A DNA stretch of 64,000 bases from an uncultured Acidobacteriaceae bacterium. GTDB taxonomy: Bacteria; Acidobacteriota; Terriglobia; Terriglobales; Acidobacteriaceae. The first letter of the stretch is position 1. The number at the start of each line of letters is the position of its first letter. The stretch lies in the NCBI GenBank assembly GCA_963839155.1, contig CAWITY010000003.1:138184-202183 (forward strand), read 5' to 3'. A model generated the notes under the pieces. That model ran no database searches. It was given only the letters and a program-made list of their open reading frames with translations, and was not told where the DNA came from. A program made the position numbers and the translations under genes. This document shows, one piece after another, positions 46,831-57,118 of the stretch.

Positions 46831-47943
46831 TCACAGCGTGCGCTTGAACAGCGGCGTGGCGATGAGAAGTGTGCCAAATCCGAAGGCAAAGAGAAACAGC
46901 AAATCGAACTGGATGGCCGCGAATCCGCCGTCCTTGAGGATGATGGCCTTGAAGCCGTGCACGCAGTAAGTAAAGGGGTCAACCACTGAGAGTGCCCGCA
47001 GCCACCAGGGAAACGCCGTGATGGGATACATGGCGCCCGAAGGATAGAAGAGCAGCAGGTTGAGCACGCCGAACATGGCGCGCGGGGTGAGCGGGTCCTC
47101 GACGCGCACCATGAACAGGAACATCATGCCGTTGAAAGCGATGGCCGTGCCCAGGATCAGGCACAGCAGTTCCAGCAGCGCCATGGGATGAAAGATGATG
47201 CCCAGCCCGGCCATTAGGGATCCGATGACAGTTAGACAAATGCCCGACAAAGTCGCCTTGATGGCGCTGGCCATGTTGAGGCCAAAGACCAACTCCAGCT
47301 TGGTGATCGGAGTTACGAGATAGCCCTCGTGGACGCCGCGCGCCTTGTCGTCAATGTATAACATGCCGCCGCCGATCATGACCGAGATATACATGGCCAG
47401 CGCGATGCAGGCGGGCAGCAGAAACTTCATGTAATTCACGTAGGGGTACAACTCGACAATGTCGAGCGCGACGGAGTTGGCGAGCCGCGGTTGGATGACC
47501 GGGCTGGTGAGCGCGGTGACCAGCGATTGCATCTCGGCTTCGAGCGAGCCGGAAGTGAACTGATCGGAGTTGTCGACCACGAAGCCGATTTGCGGGGCGT
47601 CCTGCGCATAGACCCGGCGCGAATACTGCTTGGGGATGATGACCGCGCCGTCCACCTTGCCGGTGCGCACGTCTTCGCGAGCCAGATTCTCATCCGTATA
47701 GTTGACGGTGGTGAATGTCTTGATGTTGACGGCGATGGCGTCGAAGCCCTCGCGAATCCTGACCGCCTGCGGACCGTGATCGTAATCGACAACGGCGACG
47801 CGCGCGCCCACGATCTTGCCGCCAAAGGCGTTGCCCATGATGAGCAACTGCAAAATGGGCATCATCAGGGACATGATCATCAGCATGGGTGAGCGGAAGA
47901 ACTTGCGCATTTCGCGTTCGACAATGGCAAACATTCGGTTCAT
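46831..47943 (-). CDS. ABC-2 type transporter permease
   Basis: RE.RKF.R, YLVTPI, PSGA.YP, DPFTY; six TM segments. Confidence 0.92.
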   Translation of the reverse strand: MNRMFAIVEREMRKFFRSPMLMIMSLMMPILQLLIMGNAFGGKIVGARVAVVDYDHGPQAVRIREGFDAIAVNIKTFTTVNYTDENLAREDVRTGKVDGAVIIPKQYSRRVYAQDAPQIGFVVDNSDQFTSGSLEAEMQSLVTALTSPVIQPRLANSVALDIVELYPYVNYMKFLLPACIALAMYISVMIGGGMLYIDDKARGVHEGYLVTPITKLELVFGLNMASAIKATLSGICLTVIGSLMAGLGIIFHPMALLELLCLILGTAIAFNGMMFLFMVRVEDPLTPRAMFGVLNLLLFYPSGAMYPITAFPWWLRALSVVDPFTYCVHGFKAIILKDGGFAAIQFDLLFLFAFGFGTLLIATPLFKRTL

Positions 47944-48944
47944 GGCTGTGCTCCGGGCCGGGGCGGCATGGTGAAGGCCGGGGGCTTGACCTGCTCATCG
48001 CGGAGTTGGCGGCCCGTGTAATGGACAAAGACATCGTCGAGCGTGGTGTTTTGCACGCTCAGTGAAGTGAGCGTTTCGCCCAGCGAGGCAGCTAACTCCA
48101 CTAACTGCATGGTGGTCTTTGACCCGGAGGAAGTCAGCACGCGATAGAAGCCGGCGCTCTCTGCCTGCACGCTGGTCACTCCGTCGAGGGCTTCCAGCCG
48201 GGACTGCCACTCGTGAGTCTCGCGATCAAAGTGCACCTCGACCACGTTAGCGCCGGGCACGCTGTGCTTCAGTTCCATGGGCGTGCCCAGGGCCACAAGC
48301 TTGCCGTGGTCGACAATGGCGATGCGGTCACAGAGTTTGTCTGCTTCTTCCATGTAGTGCGTGGTGAGCAGCATGGTGAGCTTGCGCGTGGTGCGCAGGT
48401 TGTCGAGCATCTCCCAAACCGCGATGCGCGAGACCGGATCGAGTCCGGTGGTCGGCTCGTCGAGAAAGAATATCTTCGGATTGTGCACCAGGCCGCGCGC
48501 AATCTCCAGCCTTCGCCGCATACCGCCGGAGAGCGTTTTGGTCTGCGCGGTGCGCCATTTGGTCAGGTCCACCGCCTCCAGCACTTCGGCGATATTCTTC
48601 AGGCGCTTGGCCTTGGGAACGCTGTAGAGCTTGGCGTAGATGCTCAGGTTCTCTTCGACAGTGAGGTCGGGGTCGCTGGTGAGCGCTTGAGGAATGACGC
48701 CAATCATCTCGCGCACCGCATCTGGGTCCTTGGCCACGTCGTGGCCGCCGACGATGGCACGGCCCGCGGTGACAGGAATGAGCGTGGTCATCATGCGGAT
48801 CAAGGTGCTCTTGCCTGCGCCGTTGGGGCCCAGCAGGCCGAAGATTTCACCATCGGCCACCTTGAAGTTCACATCCTTGACAGCCTCAAAGTCGCCATAG
48901 CGCTTGAAGATGTGCTCGACTTCGATAGCCGTTCCGGCGCTCAT
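47940..48944 (-). CDS. ABC transporter ATP-binding protein (DrrA-like)
   Basis: GPNGAGKST, LSGGMRRR, LDEPT, TTHYMEEA. Confidence 0.96.
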   Translation of the reverse strand: MSAGTAIEVEHIFKRYGDFEAVKDVNFKVADGEIFGLLGPNGAGKSTLIRMMTTLIPVTAGRAIVGGHDVAKDPDAVREMIGVIPQALTSDPDLTVEENLSIYAKLYSVPKAKRLKNIAEVLEAVDLTKWRTAQTKTLSGGMRRRLEIARGLVHNPKIFFLDEPTTGLDPVSRIAVWEMLDNLRTTRKLTMLLTTHYMEEADKLCDRIAIVDHGKLVALGTPMELKHSVPGANVVEVHFDRETHEWQSRLEALDGVTSVQAESAGFYRVLTSSGSKTTMQLVELAASLGETLTSLSVQNTTLDDVFVHYTGRQLRDEQVKPPAFTMPPRPGAQP

Positions 48945-50005
48945 TGCTTCACCAGCTTGCTCTTGGCAATATAGACTTCGGCGGTCATGCCGGGAACCCA
49001 GCGCTCGCCCGGATTATCGATGAGCAGCTTCAACTGAATGGTCTTGATATCGCGCTTGCGGGCGCTCACGTCGCGCTGCGTGGCGAAGTCAGCTTCGGCA
49101 GCCTTGGCGATGATTTTTCCCTTGATGACCGCGCCGCTGGGCATCACGACGCGCAGATTGTCGCCCAGTTGCACAGTGTCCGCCTGTGTTTCCGGCAAAG
49201 GTGCATAGATCCACGTCTGGGTGAGGTCCATAATGGTGACAATGGGCGCGCCAATGGCAACCACCTCGCCCTGGCGCGCGGCGCGGACATTGACCTTGCC
49301 GCTGACCGGCGCGAACACCTGCGAGTAACCCACCTGAACCTTTGCCTGATCGGCCATCGCCTTGGCGTTTGCCACGTCATTGCGCGTGGCGTCCACGGTC
49401 CGCGCGGCCACGACCGTCAGCAGTTCGTGCGCGCGGGCCTGACGCAGAGAGGCTTCAGCTGCGGCAACGTTGTGGCGCGCGGCATCTACTGCCGCCTGGG
49501 CTGCCTGCAGGCTGGTTGCTGCCTCGTCCCTTGCCTGGGCGCTCATGATGCCCTGCTGAGCCAGCGCTACGGTGCGGCTGGTGTCGGCCTGCTGGTGATC
49601 GAGTTGGGCCTGAGCCTGAGCCAGCGATGCGCGCGCGGCCGCGACAACCGCCTCTGCATTGATGGCAGCACTGGAGGTCTCACCGCGCGTCTGACGCTCA
49701 GTCTCCACTGTCTCTCCAAGCTTCGACTTCTGGCTTGACACGGTGGCTTCTGCCGCATCACGGGCCGCCTGCAAATCGTCGCTCTGGATGATGGCGATCA
49801 GTTGCCCGGCCTTCACGTCCTGCCCCTCGTCCACAGTCAGGGTCTGAATGCGGCCTTGGATTCGGGAACTCACAATCACTTCGTTGGCGTCTACCGTACC
49901 GATCAGTTGAAGGTCTCCGTTGGGCCTCACGGTAACGAAATACCAGATAAGCGACCCAATGGTTAGAAGGGCGAGAATAAGAAAGACTCTATTGCGTGCG
50001 TTCAC
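48941..50005 (-). CDS. HlyD family periplasmic adaptor
   Basis: N-terminal TM, V.EG..VKAGQ, coiled coil, PGMTA. Confidence 0.92.
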   Translation of the reverse strand: MNARNRVFLILALLTIGSLIWYFVTVRPNGDLQLIGTVDANEVIVSSRIQGRIQTLTVDEGQDVKAGQLIAIIQSDDLQAARDAAEATVSSQKSKLGETVETERQTRGETSSAAINAEAVVAAARASLAQAQAQLDHQQADTSRTVALAQQGIMSAQARDEAATSLQAAQAAVDAARHNVAAAEASLRQARAHELLTVVAARTVDATRNDVANAKAMADQAKVQVGYSQVFAPVSGKVNVRAARQGEVVAIGAPIVTIMDLTQTWIYAPLPETQADTVQLGDNLRVVMPSGAVIKGKIIAKAAEADFATQRDVSARKRDIKTIQLKLLIDNPGERWVPGMTAEVYIAKSKLVKQ

Positions 50006-50017
50006 TTGTTCCTCACT

Positions 50018-50788
50018 TCATTCAGGACGGTTCAGGCCTGGTTTTATTGCGTGACTCGCGAGTATGTCGGTCACAAGCGCGCTTCTTTCAGGCATGGGAG
50101 CCGACTCCAGCACGCGCGCGGCCTCCCGCGCTCCGTGCTCGCGGTCGACAAAAATCGCCTGCCCCAGGAATTCGATGGCTATTCTGCGGCGGGATTCAAG
50201 GGCCTCATGCGACAGCGGATCGTACCCCTGTGACCATTTGGTCATGGGTGCGGAAAGGAAGTAGAAGACATTGGCTCCCAAGCTGGCGTAGATCAACTGC
50301 GTCCACTCCACTTGAATGAACTCGCCGTGGGCGATGCCCTCGTCCACCAGTTCATGCACCCTGGCCCAGAGAGGCCGCATCAACTTCTCAGCGATTGGTC
50401 CCATTGCGTTGGACTCACCACGATGGAGGCGAATCATCTCCTGCTGCATGAGGCTTTGGAAGGGGCGGTTCGAGTAAATCCGGTCAAAGTGGTTGAGTGC
50501 GATCCGGAGAAAGCGCTCGCCGGCCGGAGCTTCCGCTTCAAGCACAGCAAAACTGGTGGCGCGCACTCCCTCGACAACCGCCTCCAGGGCCGCGGTATAG
50601 AGAGCGTCCTTGCTGCTGAAGTAGTAGTAGAGCAGCGCCTTGTTCACACCAGCGGCCTCGGCAATCTGCTCGGTGCGGGCCCCGGCCAGGCCGTTTTCGC
50701 TGAATTCCCGGATGGCGGCGTCGAGGATTCGGGCGCGCGTCTGGTCGGAGCGTTCGGCTTGAGTGCGGGCTGAGGAGGGGGCTGTCAT
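50018..50788 (-). CDS. TetR/AcrR family regulator
   Basis: ILDAA..EF...G...IA..AGVNKALLYYYF.SK. Confidence 0.95.
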   Translation of the reverse strand: MTAPSSARTQAERSDQTRARILDAAIREFSENGLAGARTEQIAEAAGVNKALLYYYFSSKDALYTAALEAVVEGVRATSFAVLEAEAPAGERFLRIALNHFDRIYSNRPFQSLMQQEMIRLHRGESNAMGPIAEKLMRPLWARVHELVDEGIAHGEFIQVEWTQLIYASLGANVFYFLSAPMTKWSQGYDPLSHEALESRRRIAIEFLGQAIFVDREHGAREAARVLESAPMPERSALVTDILASHAIKPGLNRPE

Positions 50789-50837
50789 TTATTAACTAAC
50801 TGGTTAGTAAAATAAATGGACAAGGCGAAGAATGCAA
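50788..50837 (-). promoter_or_regulatory. Sigma-70 promoter and TetR operator palindrome
   Basis: TTGCAT-17-TATTTT; inverted repeat ACTAAC-TG-GTTAGT with AT-rich flanks. Confidence 0.7.
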
Positions 50838-50923
50838 GCCGCTTCTTCTATGAGAGTCTCTACATTGTGCGAAGTTTATTTGGAATCAGATGTTTGAGAG
50901 ATCATCGGGCTTGTTGACCGTAT

Positions 50924-51205
50924 TCATACGAAGAAGCTGACCTTGCGGCTGCGACCATCCTCCAGTGCAAGCAGCTTGGGTTCAGGCACACCTTCGGGAG
51001 CAGCTTCCTCCTCTGGCTCAGCTGCGTCTGCGGTCTCTTCGTATTGGTCTTCGTCCTCGTCTTTTGATTTGCCGCTCCCCGGCGAGTAGGTTTCGTCGCC
51101 GGTGCGCGAGGAGTTCTCCATTTCAAAGACCGCCCAGTGCTTGGCATCCGCAGCCGGGACCTTGGCTGGGAAGGCGCGAATGCCGGTAATCGGGCTGATC
51201 TCCAC
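50924..51205 (-). CDS. Acidic hypothetical protein
   Basis: MEISPITGIR...VSFFV; GAGGAG SD. Confidence 0.65.
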   Translation of the reverse strand: MEISPITGIRAFPAKVPAADAKHWAVFEMENSSRTGDETYSPGSGKSKDEDEDQYEETADAAEPEEEAAPEGVPEPKLLALEDGRSRKVSFFV

Positions 51206-51355
51206 AGGTTCTCCTCCATCAAGGGCTTCCCATGCCGACGAGTATCGGCCAAAGTTCCAGGAAGTTTAGCGATTCTTGAAGAAAAGATGTCCTGTTTCGA
51301 TACAAATGGACTGTCAGAGCCGTGTGTTTTCCACAGGCCACAGCAGGAAGCGCCC

Positions 51356-52219
51356 CTACCGGCGAAGAGCAAGAGCCGTTGGGCCAACCAGCGTGCCAAG
51401 CGGTTGGGGCTGTCCGATCAAGAAAAGTCCCTGCGAAAGACTCATCCCCGCAGGCACGGGCGCGAAGCCGCCGCGTACCTCGCTGGTCTCGCGCGCGATG
51501 GTCTTGAAGAGCATGGCCCGGCCATTCATGTGGACCTCAAGACGTTCGGTTTTCCAGTCGGCGGCGCTTACCTGGGTACGATCCAGGCGGAACCATCCAC
51601 CCTTGTAGAGCCGGCCAAGGATACCGTAGCCAAAGTCCACGTTCTCTTCAAGATGGCCGTCGAGCCGCGCCATGCGTTTGTAGCGGGCGTCTACCCAAAG
51701 TTCCCCGCTCATGGCGTGGAAGATGCGGGCCTCAATGGAATGGGCGGGATAGTCTGGGTTGGGGCGAAAGCGCAGCCGATGGCAGCCGTTCTCTTCTCCA
51801 TCGTATTCATAGAGAAAGGCGTCAGGCAAAAGCGCGACGATTCTGCCGATGCGCTTTTCGTCTTCGGCATACTCCTGGCGGTGGCGGGCCTGTTCCGCGG
51901 GCGAGGTGAGCAGATGGTAGAGGCGAGCCTGCTCCATCTGGCGGGCTTCCGCTGTGAGCGGACGCCCATTGCTGAGAGTCGTCCGCGTGATGGGGCCGTC
52001 GGCAGTCTCTATCTGATCGTCGATGTGAGAGTCCTTCTGTGAGCGATGTTCGATCCAGTAGCGCCAGTAGCCATGGCTTTGGTGGTCATGAAGCTCGTTG
52101 TAGACGACCTCACGCACCAATTGCGAGGGTGGTACGGACTCTCTGGGTTGTTGAGCGAGGAGGAAAAGCCCTCCCTGCGCCACGGCAATCAGGCCCACAG
52201 TCACTCTGATTCGATGCAT
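51356..52219 (-). CDS. Exported protein, LolA/MucB-like fold suspected
   Basis: Signal peptide; F.PNP.Y...G.LWVD pattern; GGAGG SD. Confidence 0.7.
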   Translation of the reverse strand: MHRIRVTVGLIAVAQGGLFLLAQQPRESVPPSQLVREVVYNELHDHQSHGYWRYWIEHRSQKDSHIDDQIETADGPITRTTLSNGRPLTAEARQMEQARLYHLLTSPAEQARHRQEYAEDEKRIGRIVALLPDAFLYEYDGEENGCHRLRFRPNPDYPAHSIEARIFHAMSGELWVDARYKRMARLDGHLEENVDFGYGILGRLYKGGWFRLDRTQVSAADWKTERLEVHMNGRAMLFKTIARETSEVRGGFAPVPAGMSLSQGLFLIGQPQPLGTLVGPTALALRR

Positions 52220-52462
52220 CCCTTTGCCTCCCCGACCGAAGGATTGAGATCCCAGGCGAGTATGACGGGGCAGCGGTGAACAGAACACCATATTCCCGAG
52301 AAAAAGCCGATAAATAATGAATTGAACCCTTTAAATGCCAAAATGGGGCAGAGGCCGCTTGAGTGCCTGGCCCATAGGCCGCCATCCGCTGTCATCCCAA
52401 AAAGGGCCACGATCCAGCCTTTTTTACGAAGGAATCATCTATCTCATTTGAGAGGAGATTGC

Positions 52463-52831
52463 ATGATCAGCAAAGCACCCAATGTGGATGCCTACGTGGC
52501 GGAGGTCTCCGCCGAACGCCGTGAGGCAATCGAAAACCTGCGCAACCTCATCCTCCAGAATCTTCCTGGAGTTGAAGAGTGCATCGAATTTGGGATGCCC
52601 TGTTACAAGCGCAAGGGGGCAATCGAGATCTCGTTCGCAAGCCAGAAGCAGTACATCGCCTTGTATGTGAATCCTGCACTGACGAACGAATTTCGCGATG
52701 CATTGGGCGCCGCCAGCATCGGCAAGAGTTGCATCCGGTTCACGCGGCCTGAGCAGATGGACTTCACGGTGCTGGAGCAATTGCTGCGCAAGGTGGCAGA
52801 TGCCGAGCCCGGTACGCGCACGGCTTGCTAA
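52463..52831 (+). CDS. DUF1801 domain protein
   Basis: VDAY...R...LR.LI...P...E...GMP.Y...FA.QK.YI.LY...GKSCIRF. Confidence 0.85.
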   Translation: MISKAPNVDAYVAEVSAERREAIENLRNLILQNLPGVEECIEFGMPCYKRKGAIEISFASQKQYIALYVNPALTNEFRDALGAASIGKSCIRFTRPEQMDFTVLEQLLRKVADAEPGTRTAC

Positions 52832-52840
52832 ACTTGTGCC

Positions 52841-53164
52841 ATGTTGGATGAATTGGAATTCCGCCGCCTCGTCGAAGTCGCCCTACAGGCGCTCATGCAG
52901 CATCTGATCGTTCGGGAAGAGGACGATGATGCGGGATTTGAAGTTGAGGAGCAAAACGGCGTGCTGAACGTCCTGTTCGAAGAGCCGCCAGGCAAATTTG
53001 TCATCACGCCGAATGCCCCGGTGCGCCAGATCTGGATCTCCGCGCTCTCGACCAGCTTCAAGCTCGATTGGGATGAGGGAACGAAGGCGTTCATTCTACC
53101 GCGCACAGCAGAAGAGCTTACGCCGCTGGTGGACAGGCTGATCGAGGCGCATTTGGAGAGGTAG
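52841..53164 (+). CDS. cyaY: Frataxin-like iron donor
   Basis: GVL.V.FE...FVI.PN.P.RQIWIS. Confidence 0.85.
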   Translation: MLDELEFRRLVEVALQALMQHLIVREEDDDAGFEVEEQNGVLNVLFEEPPGKFVITPNAPVRQIWISALSTSFKLDWDEGTKAFILPRTAEELTPLVDRLIEAHLER

Positions 53165-53718
53165 AACCCCTCACATCTGCTTCTACTGCTTTACGAAGTC
53201 GACCGTGCAGGTCGGCCAACGATGCACAGGCCTTGACTCTTTGCGCTTGTGCCCTCGGTCTCTTTGAAGTGGGCCCTGACTTCGTAGGTTTATTCCTCGC
53301 CTTGGCGAGCGAAGACTCAGCGCGCATATTTTCTTGAGGCGACAATTCCGGTCCCAGACAGCTTGGCAGAGCCGTTATCCGCGATGAGGCTTTCCAGCAG
53401 CAAGTAGCCGGGTCGCCCCGCGGTGCCGTGCTCTCCTCAAAGATTGCCGGCGGTCATCGTGCCGGGAAACTGCCTGGCGCATCCCTCGGTTTCTCCTTTC
53501 GCCGGGCGGTCATTTTCGTAAGCCATTTACCGTCAAATTTCTCGCTGGCAATCAAAAGCCCTGGCAAAAGCGCCAGGGCACAAACCATAACAATCCGGAC
53601 CGCGCTCCGCATACAGGTCCCCTCCAAAGGGGAGCGTTTGTAGCAGGGCATTCGGGCGACGGTCCAACGCTGGGAAATGCGGACGGCCCGGCGCGAGAGC
53701 CAGACCGTCCGCCCGTTT

Positions 53719-54720
53719 CTACTGAATTGAATAGATGGTCTTGAGAACCTTCTCTACCACGCTCTCGGGCAGCGGAGCATAGGAGAGAGTGCTGACCTCG
53801 CTCTCGCCCGACTTGACGATCCAGCTCAGCATGTCTTTGATGACCTTGCCCTTGGCCGGATCGGTGGACTTGATCGGAATCAGCAGCCACGTAAAGCTGG
53901 AGATGGGGTAGGCGTTGGCGCCGGGTGCGTTCGTGATGGAGACACGATAGTCGGCGGGCATGACCTTGATGCTGGCAGCGGCTGCAGTGACCCCTTCAAT
54001 TGAGGCCCGCTCCCAATTGCCTGCCGCGTTCTTTACTTCGCCGTAGCTGATCTTGTTCTGAAGAGCATAGATAAGCTCCACGTAACCGATCGCTCCAGGC
54101 AACTGACGGACCAGGCTGGCCACGCCTTCATTCCCCTTGCCGCCGACGCCTACCGGCCAGTATGGCGAAGCGCCCTTGCCGGGACCACCGGCCCATTCCT
54201 TGCTGACCTTGCTCAGGTAGTCGGTGAAGATGTAGGTGGTACCGCTGCCGTCGGAACGGTGAACAACATTGATCTTCTCGTCGGGTAGTTTGACGCCGGG
54301 GTTATCCTTGGCGATGCGCGGGTCGGCCCAGGTAACGATCTTGCCGAGGAAGATGTCGGAGAGCACTTCGGAACTGAACTTGATGTTGCCCACGCCGGTT
54401 ACGTTGAAGATGGGCACGACCGCGCCGAGAACGGTGGGAATGTGAATCAGCTTGACCTTCGAGGAGGCGAGTTGTTCGTCAGTCATCACTGCGTCGGAGG
54501 CGCCAAAGTCCACGAGGCCCGCTGAGACTTGGCGGATTCCGCCGCCGGAACCGATCGACTGATAGTTGATCTCGACGCCAGGATGCGCAGCCGCATACTC
54601 GTTAAACCACTTGGAATAAATCGGATAAGGGAAGGTTGCGCCTGCCCCGGTCAACTTCTGCGCTTGAGCAGCGCTCATGGCCAAAACGAACAAAACTAGC
54701 ACTATCAGAGACTTTTTCAC
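53719..54720 (-). CDS. pstS: Phosphate ABC transporter substrate-binding protein
   Basis: GAGATFPYP, YQSIGSGGG, DFGASD, RSDGSGTT, YPI. Confidence 0.96.
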   Translation of the reverse strand: MKKSLIVLVLFVLAMSAAQAQKLTGAGATFPYPIYSKWFNEYAAAHPGVEINYQSIGSGGGIRQVSAGLVDFGASDAVMTDEQLASSKVKLIHIPTVLGAVVPIFNVTGVGNIKFSSEVLSDIFLGKIVTWADPRIAKDNPGVKLPDEKINVVHRSDGSGTTYIFTDYLSKVSKEWAGGPGKGASPYWPVGVGGKGNEGVASLVRQLPGAIGYVELIYALQNKISYGEVKNAAGNWERASIEGVTAAAASIKVMPADYRVSITNAPGANAYPISSFTWLLIPIKSTDPAKGKVIKDMLSWIVKSGESEVSTLSYAPLPESVVEKVLKTIYSIQ

Positions 54721-54910
54721 AGAGAGCTCCCTTGCAGATGAACTGCCAACTTCGATTCTCTACGGCGATTGTTACTGGCGTTTGAATACCCTTCAGATTT
54801 GGCACTTTTTCCCGCCGTAACCGCTCGTTTCGGATTCCCACCCTTGCCACAGGAACGCGCGGCAAGGATGGGCCCGGTTTCTTCGCGCTGCAATCGTGGT
54901 AAGCGAACCC

Positions 54911-56956
54911 TCAAGCAGTCGTCAGATCCACGGCCGCCACAGCCTTTTTCTTGATCGCCAGCAAATCCAGCGCCTTGCGGGCAATGTGCTCGGCACTCAC
55001 CTCCAACTCCTTAATCAGTTCCCAAGGAGCGCCCGAGTCGCCAAAGCGGTCTTTCACACCAATGGCGCCAGTAATCAAACGCCTCCCGTAGAGCTGTTCG
55101 CTCTCTGTGAGGATCGCGCTCACTCGCCATGCCAGCGCGCCGATCTGATGCTCTTCGGCGGTAATCACCACTCCGGTGTCGTGGGCTGCGCGAATCAGGG
55201 CTTCCGCGTCCATTGGCTTCAGGGTGTGCATGTTCAGCACCCGCGTCTCGTAGCCGTACTCCCGCTTCAGAATGAATGCCGCACGCATGGCTTCTGGAAC
55301 CATGGGCCCGCAAGCCACAATGCTCAGGTCCTCCGACTCGTTGCGGTATTCCGAGGCCAGCCGCGTCTCGAAGGCTTCGATGAATCCGGCCGACTCGTCG
55401 CGCAAGCGAATCACGTTTGCTCTGCCGAAGACAAACGGTGTGTCTGCTTCGGTGACAATGGGCGTAGCCTCGCGGGCAAAGCGGATATACTTTGGCCCGA
55501 CGTGCTTCAGGAGCAAGTAGTCGGTAGCCTTGCGCGTTTCCACAATATCGCAAGGCACGACCACCGACATGTTGGGCAGCCCCTGCATGGCGAAGAGGTC
55601 TTCCAGGGCTTGATGGGTGGCGCCATCGGGGCCCACGGAGACTCCGCCGTGCGCCCCCGCAATCAAAACGTTGAAATTCCCATAACAGACCGACGTGCGA
55701 ATCTGGTCGAGATTGCGAGCTGCGGAAAACGTGGCATATGAGCCCAACACGGGAAGCTTGCCTTCCCTCGCCATCCCTGCCGCCGCCGAGGTAGCCGATT
55801 GCTCGGCGATCCCCATACTGATCCAGCGTTGGGCGCGCTCCGGCTTGCCGGCGTAGAAATCGCTGATGGTGATGGAACCGGAAATATCCAGACCCAGGCA
55901 CACCACTCGCTCATCGTCACCGTTGGCCGCCAGCGACTGCCCGAAGCCCTTGCGTGTGGGCTCCATCTTCACCTTCATGCTGTCGCCTGCGTTCCACCAG
56001 TACTCTCGCGAGTATTTGGGCATCTTGCCTTCAAGCCTGCGATCCACCTCGCCCTGGTAGCTCTTTGCCCTGGCCAGCAGCTCCGCCACCGGAATGCTCT
56101 CGCTCAGGCCCAGCTCCTTCAGCGCCGCCATCAGTTCGTCGAAGTTGGGTGTCTTGCCATGCCACCCGGCCTGATCCTGCATGAAGCTGACACCCTTGCC
56201 CTTGATGGTGTCAGCCAGGATGACTACCGGCTTGCCCTCGACCGCTTTTGCCTTTTCGAGCGCCTCCACCACCTGGCACATGTCGTGCCCGTCAATGCGC
56301 ATCGTCTCCCAGCCAAAGGCGGTGTATTTCTCCTCTAGCGGTTCAACCTGCATGACGTCCTTGACCCAGCCATCGATCTGCAGCCGGTTGCAATCCACGA
56401 TGGCGATTATGTTGTCCAGGCGATAGTGCCCAGCCTCCATGGCCGCCTCCCAGACCTGGCCCTCCTGCTGCTCGCCGTCGCCCATCAGGCAGAAGATTTT
56501 GTTCGTTCTGCCGTCCAGCCGCGCAGCCAGCGCCATGCCCACGCAAATACTCAAGCCCTGCCCCAGCGAGCCCGTGGAAACCTCAACACCCAGCAGCTTG
56601 AGCCAGTGCGGGTGCCCCTGGAACGCCGAGCTGAGCTTGCGCAAGGTCATCGTCTCCTCCAGCGGGCAAAAGCCCGCGAAGGCCAGCCCAACATACAGAG
56701 CCGGAGCCTTGTGCCCGGTGGACCAGACGATGCGGTCGCGATCTGCCCAGTTTGGATTGCGGGGATCGTGCCGGGCGACATGCAGGTACAGTGCTGCGTT
56801 CACATCCATTATCGACAGCGTGCCTCCTGCATGGCCCGATCCCGCGGCATGAAGAGCAACCAGATCGTAGCCGCGCATCTGGTTCGCGGCTTCCTGCAAT
56901 TGTTCGATGGAATAGCTCCGGAGAACCTCTCCGGTCGTGGAATCGATCAGCGCCAT
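54911..56956 (-). CDS. tkt: Transketolase (N- and C-terminal sections in one chain)
   Basis: SGHAGG, QGHP, STGSLGQG, GDGE..EG..WEA, GIAEQ, GPDGATHQ. Confidence 0.92.
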   Translation of the reverse strand: MALIDSTTGEVLRSYSIEQLQEAANQMRGYDLVALHAAGSGHAGGTLSIMDVNAALYLHVARHDPRNPNWADRDRIVWSTGHKAPALYVGLAFAGFCPLEETMTLRKLSSAFQGHPHWLKLLGVEVSTGSLGQGLSICVGMALAARLDGRTNKIFCLMGDGEQQEGQVWEAAMEAGHYRLDNIIAIVDCNRLQIDGWVKDVMQVEPLEEKYTAFGWETMRIDGHDMCQVVEALEKAKAVEGKPVVILADTIKGKGVSFMQDQAGWHGKTPNFDELMAALKELGLSESIPVAELLARAKSYQGEVDRRLEGKMPKYSREYWWNAGDSMKVKMEPTRKGFGQSLAANGDDERVVCLGLDISGSITISDFYAGKPERAQRWISMGIAEQSATSAAAGMAREGKLPVLGSYATFSAARNLDQIRTSVCYGNFNVLIAGAHGGVSVGPDGATHQALEDLFAMQGLPNMSVVVPCDIVETRKATDYLLLKHVGPKYIRFAREATPIVTEADTPFVFGRANVIRLRDESAGFIEAFETRLASEYRNESEDLSIVACGPMVPEAMRAAFILKREYGYETRVLNMHTLKPMDAEALIRAAHDTGVVITAEEHQIGALAWRVSAILTESEQLYGRRLITGAIGVKDRFGDSGAPWELIKELEVSAEHIARKALDLLAIKKKAVAAVDLTTA

Positions 56957-57118
56957 AGCTTTCTCCTTCGCGCGGCAGCGATCTCGCGCGTGCATTTCTT
57001 GGCCGATTTGCCTGGGTGCCCCTGGTCTCGATCTTGATACCTGGAGAGCAGTAACCAGGTAGCTTCAGTGCTAGTGTCCTGTCTCCAAAGTTCTTGGCAT
57101 GAATCCCGAAGAGCATCC

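Noticed and set aside
53400-53651. Short signal-peptide ORF downstream of pstS
   Set aside because: Looks like a frameshifted fragment; too little evidence to call.
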